From contig CAJJKI010000001.1 of assembly GCA_905188025.1 (NCBI GenBank), positions 86,615-150,614 of the forward strand: DNA of 64,000 nt, in the 5' to 3' direction. Below the pieces are notes generated by a model. It searched no databases. It was not told the DNA's origin and saw nothing but the letters and a program-made list of their open reading frames with translations. Position 1 is the stretch's first letter. Each line of letters opens with the position of its first letter. Positions 47,193 to 54,352 of this stretch are shown piece after piece. Both the position numbers and the translations under genes were made by a program. This DNA comes from an uncultured Eubacteriales bacterium. GTDB lineage: Bacteria > Bacillota_I > Bacilli_A > RF39 > UBA660.

Positions 47193-49193
47193 TCAATTTT
47201 CAGCCTTGTAAACGTCATAATATTTACTATCAGGAAAATCTACTCCTGTATATGAGCTCCCATTACTTCCTACTAACCCAGTAAATCCAGAATTTCCACT
47301 CCATAAAGTACCATTGGAATTAGCAAATACTCCCATTACCCATTCCCACGATCCTCCGGACATATCATATACCCCTGTTATATTACCAGTTGTACTAGCC
47401 ACTTTACTTATATCATGGGTAGTACTTTTAATATCGGTATTATATTCAAATAAATATCCATCCCAGGTGTAAAAACCATACCAATTATATTGCGTCGTAG
47501 AAGTCTGGTCAGTATATACAGTATTTATGGCTGTACTCCCTCCAACATTTCCACCACTACGGCCAGTATGCATATCAGTTGAATTATTAAAATTTATTTC
47601 CCTATTCACTCCGTATTTAGAATGTGATAAATAAGCTACCGCTCCCCATTCACTATTCTTCATCATATGAGCATCAATCTTTGAAGTAGAACCATATACA
47701 CTTGTGCCTAATTTTTGTGCTGTGGTAAACTGCGCTGATATTTTTTGATTTCTAAGTGACTGAAGATTTGGTTTTATTGTCGGAGTATCCTCTATACCAG
47801 TAGTTTCAAATTTACCGACCCATATTCCATTAAGAATCTCATTTTGTTCTAGTATTCCATCACTATTATTATCCCACCAAAAAGCTGGATGAGTTATATA
47901 ATCACCTATTTGAGGAACAGCACTCTTAACTACTGTTTCATTAGTTTCAATAAATGTACCAGTTGGAGTTATTTGATCAGTATTATCTTCATTATACATG
48001 TTAATCATATTTTCAATCGGAATAGGACCTGCATCTTCTACACCCTGTACTATTGAACTTCCAGTATTCAAAACATTATTTACGTCAGTAGTAGCTTGTT
48101 CTAAAGTATAGCTAGTATTCATTTCAGCTGATATAAAACTATGAAACCAAGTAATTAACTTTTGTTTTTCTAAAGCAGTAACACTATATGGAGCATTATA
48201 ACATTCAGAATTATCAATAAGATTAGGATTTTCTAAATCAGCACAACTACCAATCGTTTGTACATTTGGAACATAAGCCTTAGTATTTTTATTTTCAAAA
48301 ACTATTTGTATTTCCTGTTCTTGACCGGTTTTACTTTCATTATCTACTGACCATATTTTATATTTATACCTTGGTATCCATACATAATATGCTAATATGT
48401 CATCTTCATTTACTGTAACCCCTGTAGTATTCAAATAATTTGCTCTTGAATTATTATTAACAAGCACTACATTTGCCCATTGTTTTTTCTTATAATTGTA
48501 CCAGCTAGTATCATCTTTTGATATTGTTTTAGTTATTCCAGTATCCGATATAACTACCGGTATCATTCCATCATCTAAATCAGGTACATTAGGTTCTACC
48601 GGTATTGCATCAGTACAGCTACCATTTAATGATAAACTGAATGATTGATCCATCGTATCACTGCTAGTCTCATTTGCATCTAACCATATCCATAAATAAT
48701 ATGTACTAGTGTCACTTGCACTAAAAGTTTCACTATCTAAAAGCCTTATCTTGTTTCCTGCTTTCTTACCATTAAAGTTTCCACTAGCTATAACTCCAGT
48801 AGTATTACTAGTACTACTCGTAGTAAATGCATACTTAAAGTTAACACTATTTGATAGACCACTATCTAGTTTATTTATATCTAGCCATAAATCCATATAT
48901 ATAGTTTTACCACTTTCATTAATTGTCGGAGTTACCTTTACTTCTCTTTTTATATAATTAGCTGAAGTACTACTGTTAACTAAAGTTGGTACAATTATTG
49001 CACTATTATTAGTAATGCTTCCACCACCATCTGCTGCACATGAAAAAGTTCTCTCTACCGTAAATACAATATTAGTCTTTTGCGCTTCACTACTTATCCA
49101 TGAAAAGTATGCTAAAGATCCACCAATTATTGTAAATATAACAGTCAATATTACCAATACTAAAATTATCTTTTTATTCTTATCATTATCCAT
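47193..49193 (-). CDS. secreted/surface protein: SipW-type (TasA/camelysin-like) signal peptide + beta-rich region + FGE-sulfatase (SUMF1)-like domain, prematurely terminated
   Basis: N-terminus KKIILVLVILTVIFTIIGGSLAYFSW. GVYDMSGGSWEWV matches the FGE-family GxxDMxGNxWEW block. Likely start is ATG 49193, 7 nt after GGAGGT; the track start is a TTG. Confidence 0.7.
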   Translation of the reverse strand: MDNDKNKKIILVLVILTVIFTIIGGSLAYFSWISSEAQKTNIVFTVERTFSCAADGGGSITNNSAIIVPTLVNSSTSANYIKREVKVTPTINESGKTIYMDLWLDINKLDSGLSNSVNFKYAFTTSSTSNTTGVIASGNFNGKKAGNKIRLLDSETFSASDTSTYYLWIWLDANETSSDTMDQSFSLSLNGSCTDAIPVEPNVPDLDDGMIPVVISDTGITKTISKDDTSWYNYKKKQWANVVLVNNNSRANYLNTTGVTVNEDDILAYYVWIPRYKYKIWSVDNESKTGQEQEIQIVFENKNTKAYVPNVQTIGSCADLENPNLIDNSECYNAPYSVTALEKQKLITWFHSFISAEMNTSYTLEQATTDVNNVLNTGSSIVQGVEDAGPIPIENMINMYNEDNTDQITPTGTFIETNETVVKSAVPQIGDYITHPAFWWDNNSDGILEQNEILNGIWVGKFETTGIEDTPTIKPNLQSLRNQKISAQFTTAQKLGTSVYGSTSKIDAHMMKNSEWGAVAYLSHSKYGVNREINFNNSTDMHTGRSGGNVGGSTAINTVYTDQTSTTQYNWYGFYTWDGYLFEYNTDIKSTTHDISKVASTTGNITGVYDMSGGSWEWVMGVFANSNGTLWSGNSGFTGLVGSNGSSYTGVDFPDSKYYDVYKAEN

Positions 49194-49213
49194 AAGCTTT
49201 ACCTCCAAATGGT

Positions 49214-49236
49214 ACTAAAGTATTCTACTTTAATAC
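49214..49236. repeat. left arm of a perfect 23-bp inverted repeat
   Basis: ACTAAAGTATTCTACTTTAATAC is the exact reverse complement of 49382-49404. Contains the internal palindrome AAAGTA-TTC-TACTTT. Confidence 0.95.
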
Positions 49237-49334
49237 ACTTGAAATTTTTTGTAAGGTATTGAAAATAAAGAGATTATATGAATTTAATGTATTTCAAAAC
49301 ATAATATTTTTATCAATTTAAAACATATTCTATC

Positions 49335-49363
49335 TTTACATAAAACCTTATATTTGCTATAAT
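49335..49363 (+). promoter_or_regulatory. strong extended -10 promoter inside the IR-bounded segment, facing right (away from the surface-protein gene)
   Basis: TTTACA 49335-49340, 17-nt spacer, TGc TATAAT 49355-49363. Confidence 0.6.
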
Positions 49364-49381
49364 TATATCAAGATAGAAATG

Positions 49382-49404
49382 GTATTAAAGTAGAATACTT
49401 TAGT
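49382..49404. repeat. right arm of the perfect 23-bp inverted repeat
   Basis: GTATTAAAGTAGAATACTTTAGT; followed by GTCATTTTTTGTTTTT. Confidence 0.95.
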
Positions 49405-49433
49405 GTCATTTTTTGTTTTTAAATATTAAATTA

Positions 49434-49462
49434 TTGATATTTTTATATCTTTATATTATAAT
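49434..49462 (+). promoter_or_regulatory. promoter TTGATA-17-TATAAT of candidate antitoxin sRNA (copy 1)
   Basis: -35 at 49434-49439, -10 at 49457-49462. Confidence 0.6.
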
Positions 49463-49468
49463 GAATAT

Positions 49469-49577
49469 AGATGAAGGAAACTTCATACAATAAAAAGGAA
49501 CACTTAGTATTAGTGTGCTAAGTACTCCAATTTGGTTTGTGTACCTAACAAACTATGTTAGGTACGTTTTTTATTTT
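49469..49577 (+). ncRNA. candidate ~110-nt antisense sRNA (type I antitoxin), convergent with the small toxin ORF
   Basis: Bounded by its promoter and terminator. Has a 5' hairpin ATGAAG-GAAA-CTTCAT (49471-49486) and no ORF. Its 3' end overlaps the toxin stop codon and the predicted toxin 3' UTR. Confidence 0.5.
49541..49577 (+). terminator. intrinsic terminator
   Basis: Perfect 10-bp stem GTACCTAACA-aacta-TGTTAGGTAC followed by GTTTTTTATTTT. Confidence 0.75.
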
Positions 49578-49657
49578 ATAATCAACAAGATGATTATTAA
49601 TAGTAAAAGGAGGATTATAATACTATGGAAAATATTTATATAATCTTTCTTACTCAT
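49571..49657 (-). CDS. candidate type I toxin: 28-aa hydrophobic peptide MSKKDYINIFHSIIILLLLLIIILLIIK (below the ORF-track cutoff)
   Basis: ATG 49657 lies 6 nt after GGGAGGTG. Charged N-terminus, a single TM helix, terminal Lys. The 5' UTR can fold CCUUAUUCUUAU-AAA-AUAAGAUUGGGAGG, occluding the SD. Confidence 0.5.
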   Translation of the reverse strand: MSKKDYINIFHSIIILLLLLIIILLIIK

Positions 49658-49722
49658 TAAAATCACCTCCCAATCTTATTTTATAAGAATAAGGAGTACC
49701 TAACTGCTAAGTGTTCTCATAC

Positions 49723-49751
49723 ATAATAACAGGTTATTTTTGTCTTGTCAA
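49723..49751 (-). promoter_or_regulatory. promoter TTGACA-17-TATTAT of the toxin mRNA
   Basis: Minus strand: -35 at 49746-49751, -10 at 49723-49728. Confidence 0.6.
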
Positions 49752-49806
49752 ACATTTTATCTTAAAGTTAATTTTTCAAAAAATTAATTAACTTTAAGTT
49801 AAATAC

Positions 49807-49835
49807 TTGATGAAAAATAGTTTTTATATTATAAT
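49807..49835 (+). promoter_or_regulatory. promoter TTGATG-17-TATAAT of sRNA copy 2
   Basis: -35 at 49807-49812, -10 at 49830-49835. The -10 and downstream sequence are identical to copy 1. Confidence 0.55.
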
Positions 49836-49841
49836 GAATAT

Positions 49842-49918
49842 AAGTGAAGGAAACTTCATTCATATTAGAGAAACACTTAGTTCTATTTGAACCTAGCAAT
49901 CTTGTTAGGTAATTTTTA
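49842..49918 (+). ncRNA. second, shorter copy of the sRNA (no intact toxin partner)
   Basis: Shares TTATATTATAATGAATATA, TGAAGGAAACTTCAT and AACACTTAGT blocks with copy 1. Ends in ACCTAGCAA-tc-TTGTTAGGT + AATTTTT. Confidence 0.4.
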
Positions 49919-50010
49919 TACTAAACAACAAAGGCAATAATACACAAGCCTCACCTACATTTCGTTTAGATAAAAAATAGCACTATATGTTTCTCTATAT
50001 ATTTTTTACG

Positions 50011-50048
50011 CCAAAAAATAACATATGACTTGATGCATATGTTATTTT
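50011..50048 (-). terminator. intrinsic terminator after the nucleoside phosphorylase gene
   Basis: Minus strand: AATAACATATG-loop-CATATGTTATT followed by TTTTTGG. Confidence 0.6.
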
Positions 50049-50057
50049 TATTTATAT

Positions 50058-50825
50058 TTACATTTCTCTAGCTAATTCTAAAGCTAACTCCATTACTAGT
50101 ATCTTATCTTCTACTCTTTCATTTCCTGATAAGCTTCTCTTCTCCCAGTAATCATTATCTAAGTTATCAGCTGCATAAAAGAAAGTCATTAAATCTATTC
50201 CCCTAAAATCACATACTGCCTGTAATGCTGCTGCTTCCATCTCTACACAAATAGCACCATTATTCTTCATCTTAATAACCTTCTCTTTAGTCTCTCTATA
50301 AAAAGCATCCGTTGTCCATGTAGTACCTTCTACATAACTATATCCTTTATTATTTAATATTCTTTTAAATACATTACTATATTTTTTATTAATATCTATA
50401 AATAAAGAATCCTCTATATAATGGTAACTTAATCCATCACCTCTAATAGCTTTATTAGGAATAATTATAGCTAAATCTGCTACATTTTTATCAAGTACTC
50501 CACAATTACCAAATACTATAAACTTATTAGCCCCCATCGCATGCACATCTTCTATACAAGTAGCAGCAGCCGGAGCCCCTACACTCATCATAAACATAGC
50601 GTACCTTTTTCCCTTATATTCTATTCTATATATTTTCTTAACTGTATCAGTATAATCTAATTCTCCTATTACTTCTCCTTGATATTTTTCTATTATCTTA
50701 TCAAATAATACATGTGAATAACATGCTATTGCTATCTCTGGCATACCACCTATCTTCTTAACAAAATCACTTGGATTAATTATTGCTACTTTTTCTTTAG
50801 AATATCTTTCTATCATCTTTATCAC
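50058..50825 (-). CDS. nucleoside phosphorylase (PNP_UDP_1 family, uridine-phosphorylase-like)
   Basis: SVGAPAAATCIED, RGDGLSYHY, WTTDAFYRET and VEMEAAAL motifs. Confidence 0.75.
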   Translation of the reverse strand: MIKMIERYSKEKVAIINPSDFVKKIGGMPEIAIACYSHVLFDKIIEKYQGEVIGELDYTDTVKKIYRIEYKGKRYAMFMMSVGAPAAATCIEDVHAMGANKFIVFGNCGVLDKNVADLAIIIPNKAIRGDGLSYHYIEDSLFIDINKKYSNVFKRILNNKGYSYVEGTTWTTDAFYRETKEKVIKMKNNGAICVEMEAAALQAVCDFRGIDLMTFFYAADNLDNDYWEKRSLSGNERVEDKILVMELALELAREM

Positions 50826-50839
50826 TACCTATCTATATT

Positions 50840-51283
50840 TTATATATTATTATGTATATAATATAAAGTTAAACTCTCTTTATCAAAGAAATATACTGAA
50901 TAATTATCATACTTTCCATATACTGAATCCCCTATTTTCTCTCCCTCTTTAGTTTTTATTCTAACATAATCCCCCTGAGTTATAATACTAGTATCAAAAT
51001 CATATATTCCTTCTAATTTAATTACTCCATAAAAGTCATCAAAATAACCTACTACATTATCTATATCATCTATAGTAATTTCTTTATATTCTTTATTATT
51101 AGTAATTACTTCTTTATTATCATATATATATTTAGCATAATCACTATAGTCTTGCATTCCATCTTTATCAAAATGTTCTTCACTTTTAATATATCCTTTA
51201 GGTATATCTTTTAATTTACTATTAGAGCATCCTTCTATCATTATCATCATAACTATAATTATTAATAAACTAATCTTTTTCAT
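50840..51283 (-). CDS. hypothetical lipoprotein
   Basis: Signal peptide ending IEGC, then a soluble Y/D/K-rich domain. Confidence 0.5.
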   Translation of the reverse strand: MKKISLLIIIVMMIMIEGCSNSKLKDIPKGYIKSEEHFDKDGMQDYSDYAKYIYDNKEVITNNKEYKEITIDDIDNVVGYFDDFYGVIKLEGIYDFDTSIITQGDYVRIKTKEGEKIGDSVYGKYDNYSVYFFDKESLTLYYIHNNI

Positions 51284-51292
51284 AATATCCCC

Positions 51293-51757
51293 TTACTTTT
51301 TACTATCTAAATCATTATTTCTACTAGCAAAAGCTAATACTACTGAAGCTAATACCGATACTACTTCTTTATTATCTTTAACAAAATTAACTACCTTCTT
51401 AAATCTACTCTTATTTCTATCTAATGAAGTAGTACCACTCTTTGCATTAATAATCTCTCTTTCTAATTCACGAGCATTCTTATCTTTATCAAATGATATA
51501 GATATATTATTATCAATAGTTTGTATCATTACTGTATTATCTTGTCTTTTTACTTGTATTTTATCTCTATATATTTTAATATCTTCTAGTGGTATTATTC
51601 CTACTAATTTTAATTCTTTCTTAAATAATCCACCCACTCTTTCTATAACTATCTTTTTATTAGTTAATATTAATTGAATATCTTTCTTTATTTCTTCATA
51701 GTAGCCTTTTCCTTCATATAATATTACTTCTTTATTATCTAATTTATAATTACTCAT
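51293..51757 (-). CDS. hypothetical protein with a C-terminal TM segment
   Basis: Start re-set to ATG 51757 after GGAGGG; no family recognised. Confidence 0.45.
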   Translation of the reverse strand: MSNYKLDNKEVILYEGKGYYEEIKKDIQLILTNKKIVIERVGGLFKKELKLVGIIPLEDIKIYRDKIQVKRQDNTVMIQTIDNNISISFDKDKNARELEREIINAKSGTTSLDRNKSRFKKVVNFVKDNKEVVSVLASVVLAFASRNNDLDSKK

Positions 51758-51870
51758 ATTCCCTCCAATACTCCTTATACTCACTATATCATAAAATATT
51801 TTATATTTCAATATAGTTATATATCATAACCAAATATTATCATTTTCATACACTATTAATGAGGTGTTTT

Positions 51871-52650
51871 ATGTTTAATTGGTTTTTAAATCTTAATTAT
51901 ATTTATCAAGCTCTAATAGCTACTCTTTTCACTTATAGTATTACTGCTTTAGGAGCTAGTATTGTTTTCTTTTTTAAAAAAATTAGTAAAAATGTTATGG
52001 ATGCTATGTTAGGTTTTGCTGCCGGAGTTATGACAGCGGCTTCTTATTTTTCTTTATTAGGTCCTGCTATTGATCATTCGAATAATCTGAATATTAATCC
52101 CTGGTTAACTGTCACTATTGGTTTTCTCTCTGGAGGTATTTTATTATTTTTAGCGGATAAAATTTTCTCTAAATTACTTGATAAAAAAAATAAGCGTATC
52201 TTAATGCTTATCTCTTCAATTACTATTCATAATATCCCTGAAGGTCTTGCTGTAGGTATTGCTTTCGGAGCTACTTATTATGGTTTAACTGGAGCCACTA
52301 CTTTATCTGCTATCATGTTAGCAGTAGGAATTGGTCTTCAAAACTTCCCCGAAGGTTCCGCTGTATCCATTCCTCTACTAAGAGAAGGACTATCTCGTAA
52401 AAAAGCTTTCTTCTTTGGACAATTATCCGCTATCGTAGAACCTATCTTCGGAGTAATCGGAGCCTTCTTAGTAGTAAAAATGCAAATTCTCTTACCATTC
52501 TTCTTATCATTTGCTGCCGGAGCTATGATCTATGTCATTGTATCTGAACTAATTCCTGAAAGTCAAACTAATAAAAAGAAAGAACTAATGGCTTTCTTTA
52601 CTATTATTGGTTTCACTATCATGATGATTCTAGATGTTGCCTTAGGGTAA
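51871..52650 (+). CDS. ZIP family metal transporter (ZupT-like)
   Basis: HNIPEGLAVG and QNFPEGSAV motifs, 8 TM helices. Start re-set to ATG 51871 after TGAGGTG. Confidence 0.85.
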   Translation: MFNWFLNLNYIYQALIATLFTYSITALGASIVFFFKKISKNVMDAMLGFAAGVMTAASYFSLLGPAIDHSNNLNINPWLTVTIGFLSGGILLFLADKIFSKLLDKKNKRILMLISSITIHNIPEGLAVGIAFGATYYGLTGATTLSAIMLAVGIGLQNFPEGSAVSIPLLREGLSRKKAFFFGQLSAIVEPIFGVIGAFLVVKMQILLPFFLSFAAGAMIYVIVSELIPESQTNKKKELMAFFTIIGFTIMMILDVALG

Positions 52651-52656
52651 CATCTT

Positions 52657-53328
52657 TTATTTATAACTAGCTATATATCCTGACGGCACACTTCCTTGTA
52701 CTATATTTAAAGATATTGGTATTACATTACTTATCTCTACGTCCTTAGTAACAAAAGGTAAATATATCTTTCCTCTTACTGCTAAATGTATTCTTGTCTC
52801 TACATAAGCATTATTAATACCATATGGTTTAACTTCTGTCTCAATTTTACTAACCATACTTCCTACCATCTCACTCTTAATCCTGATCTTAGGACCTATT
52901 CCTCTAAGTAAACTCTTTCCCATAAGTACTCCAAAAGGTATCTCTTGAATAATATAATTACCAAGTACCCCTTCTTCACTATCCCCATCATGTATCTTAT
53001 CAAGCCTACTCTCTATATTACCCGTAACTTCATTAATTAATTTAGTAACTTCATAACTATTATAATTAACCATCTTTATTTCTCCATTACTATCTTTAAC
53101 TAAAGTAAATAAATCTTTATCAAACTTTAAATCATTTGTAGACTCATTAATTAAAGTAGCCACTATCTTTCTTAATTTAGCTTCAGCCATCGGTAATAGT
53201 ATCTCTTCTGCTCTCTTAGAAAAACTATTTATAAATATAATAGCTCCTATAACTGACATAACTATTATTATTATTCCTCTACCAAGATAATCACTTATCT
53301 TCTTTTTTTTATACCCCTTTAGTCTCAT
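52657..53328 (-). CDS. yunB: YunB-like sporulation protein
   Basis: N-terminal TM plus C-terminal IPFGVLMGKSLL..GPKIRIK...GINNAYVETRI...IVQGSVP pattern typical of Spore_YunB. Confidence 0.55.
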   Translation of the reverse strand: MRLKGYKKKKISDYLGRGIIIIVMSVIGAIIFINSFSKRAEEILLPMAEAKLRKIVATLINESTNDLKFDKDLFTLVKDSNGEIKMVNYNSYEVTKLINEVTGNIESRLDKIHDGDSEEGVLGNYIIQEIPFGVLMGKSLLRGIGPKIRIKSEMVGSMVSKIETEVKPYGINNAYVETRIHLAVRGKIYLPFVTKDVEISNVIPISLNIVQGSVPSGYIASYK

Positions 53329-53372
53329 ACTATATAATATGAAAAAAAGATAAATATATTAAATATCTATCT

Positions 53373-53564
53373 CTATTCACTATATATAGTAGTTTGATTA
53401 TATTCTTGAGCTACATAATCAACTAATTTCTTAATAGTATCAGCATTAGGATTAGTATATTCTTCTAATGTAATACCAGACTTCTCAAAATCTTCCGGTT
53501 CAAATTCACCTATCTCTGCTACTATTAAATCTCTTTCTTTTCTATATTCATCTATATCCTTCAT
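53373..53564 (-). CDS. small acidic hypothetical protein
   Basis: 63-aa ORF, tightly spaced after yebC. Confidence 0.4.
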   Translation of the reverse strand: MKDIDEYRKERDLIVAEIGEFEPEDFEKSGITLEEYTNPNADTIKKLVDYVAQEYNQTTIYSE

Positions 53565-53571
53565 AATTCTC

Positions 53572-54288
53572 CTATATATCTAAATTATGATATACTGCTT
53601 GTACATCATCTATATCTTCTAAAGCATCTACCAGTGACATTACTTTCTCAGTAGCTTCTTCATCTAATTCTATATAATTATCTGGTATAAATGTTACTTC
53701 ACACATTATATATTTATTATATCCTAATTTATCTAATTCATCTTTTACTTCTAGGAATTTATCTGGTTCAGTATATATAGTAATATCTTCATCTACTACT
53801 ATATCTAATACATCCATCTCAAGTACATCTTCCATAAGTTTATCTTCATTATAAACATTCTCAAGTACTATTAATCCTTTTCTCTTAAACATATAACTAA
53901 CTGATCCATCAGTTCCTAAATTTCCTCCTCTTTTAGAAAGAGTACTTCTTACAAAACCAGCCGTTCTATTTTTATTATCTGTAAGACAATCAATCATCAT
54001 AGCAATACCTGATGGTCCATATCCCTCATATCTTACTGCTTCATAACTTTCTCCTGCTCCCTTACTAGCTGCTTTAGCAATAGCTGACTCTATATTAGCC
54101 TTAGGCATATTCTCAGCCTTAGCTTTTTCTACAACCATTCTTAAACTAGCATTATTAGCAGGATCAGGATCTCCTCCCTTAGCAGCTACATATAATTCTT
54201 TAGCTAACTTTTGAAATACTTTACTTCTAGCTGCATCAATAGCACCTTTTTTTCTTTTTATTGTAGACCATTTACTATGTCCTGACAT
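53572..54288 (-). CDS. yebC: YebC/PmpR family DNA-binding transcriptional regulator
   Basis: MSGHSKWSTIKRKKGAIDAARSK... hallmark N-terminus. Start re-set to ATG 54288. Confidence 0.9.
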   Translation of the reverse strand: MSGHSKWSTIKRKKGAIDAARSKVFQKLAKELYVAAKGGDPDPANNASLRMVVEKAKAENMPKANIESAIAKAASKGAGESYEAVRYEGYGPSGIAMMIDCLTDNKNRTAGFVRSTLSKRGGNLGTDGSVSYMFKRKGLIVLENVYNEDKLMEDVLEMDVLDIVVDEDITIYTEPDKFLEVKDELDKLGYNKYIMCEVTFIPDNYIELDEEATEKVMSLVDALEDIDDVQAVYHNLDI

Positions 54289-54352
54289 CTTTCTCACCTC
54301 TCATTTATTTATCTTATCATAAATTATTTTATTTTTAAAGATAAAATTACAA

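Noticed and set aside
47193-47195. Possibility that TGA is reassigned (code 4 or 25), which would explain the in-frame TGA.
   Set aside because: xseA terminates at a TGA that overlaps the xseB start, at the expected protein length. The ITPase-like frame also ends in TGA. All housekeeping ORFs are intact under the standard code. TGA is therefore a normal stop in this genome.
47150-47195. Selenocysteine insertion at the in-frame TGA. A small hairpin, AAC(C)UCA-AUAAA-UGAGUU, starts just after the codon.
   Set aside because: The hairpin is short, AT-rich and bulged, unlike a bacterial SECIS. No sel genes are visible, and the FGE-family context gives no precedent I know of. It is kept only as an item to check under the TGA finding.
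47030-47284. 84-aa plus-strand ORF rich in His, Arg and Gln.
   Set aside because: It is the antisense of the conserved, G+C-richer FGE-like domain tail. It has no SD and an implausible composition. The minus-strand reading gives a recognisable domain.
49608-49660. Plus-strand mini-ORF MENIYIIFLTH with a perfect AAAGGAGGA SD, antisense to the toxin ORF.
   Set aside because: The SD-like sequence is simply the complement of the toxin's Leu-rich codons (CTCCTTTTAC). It lies downstream of the sRNA terminator, has no promoter of its own, and encodes only 11 codons.
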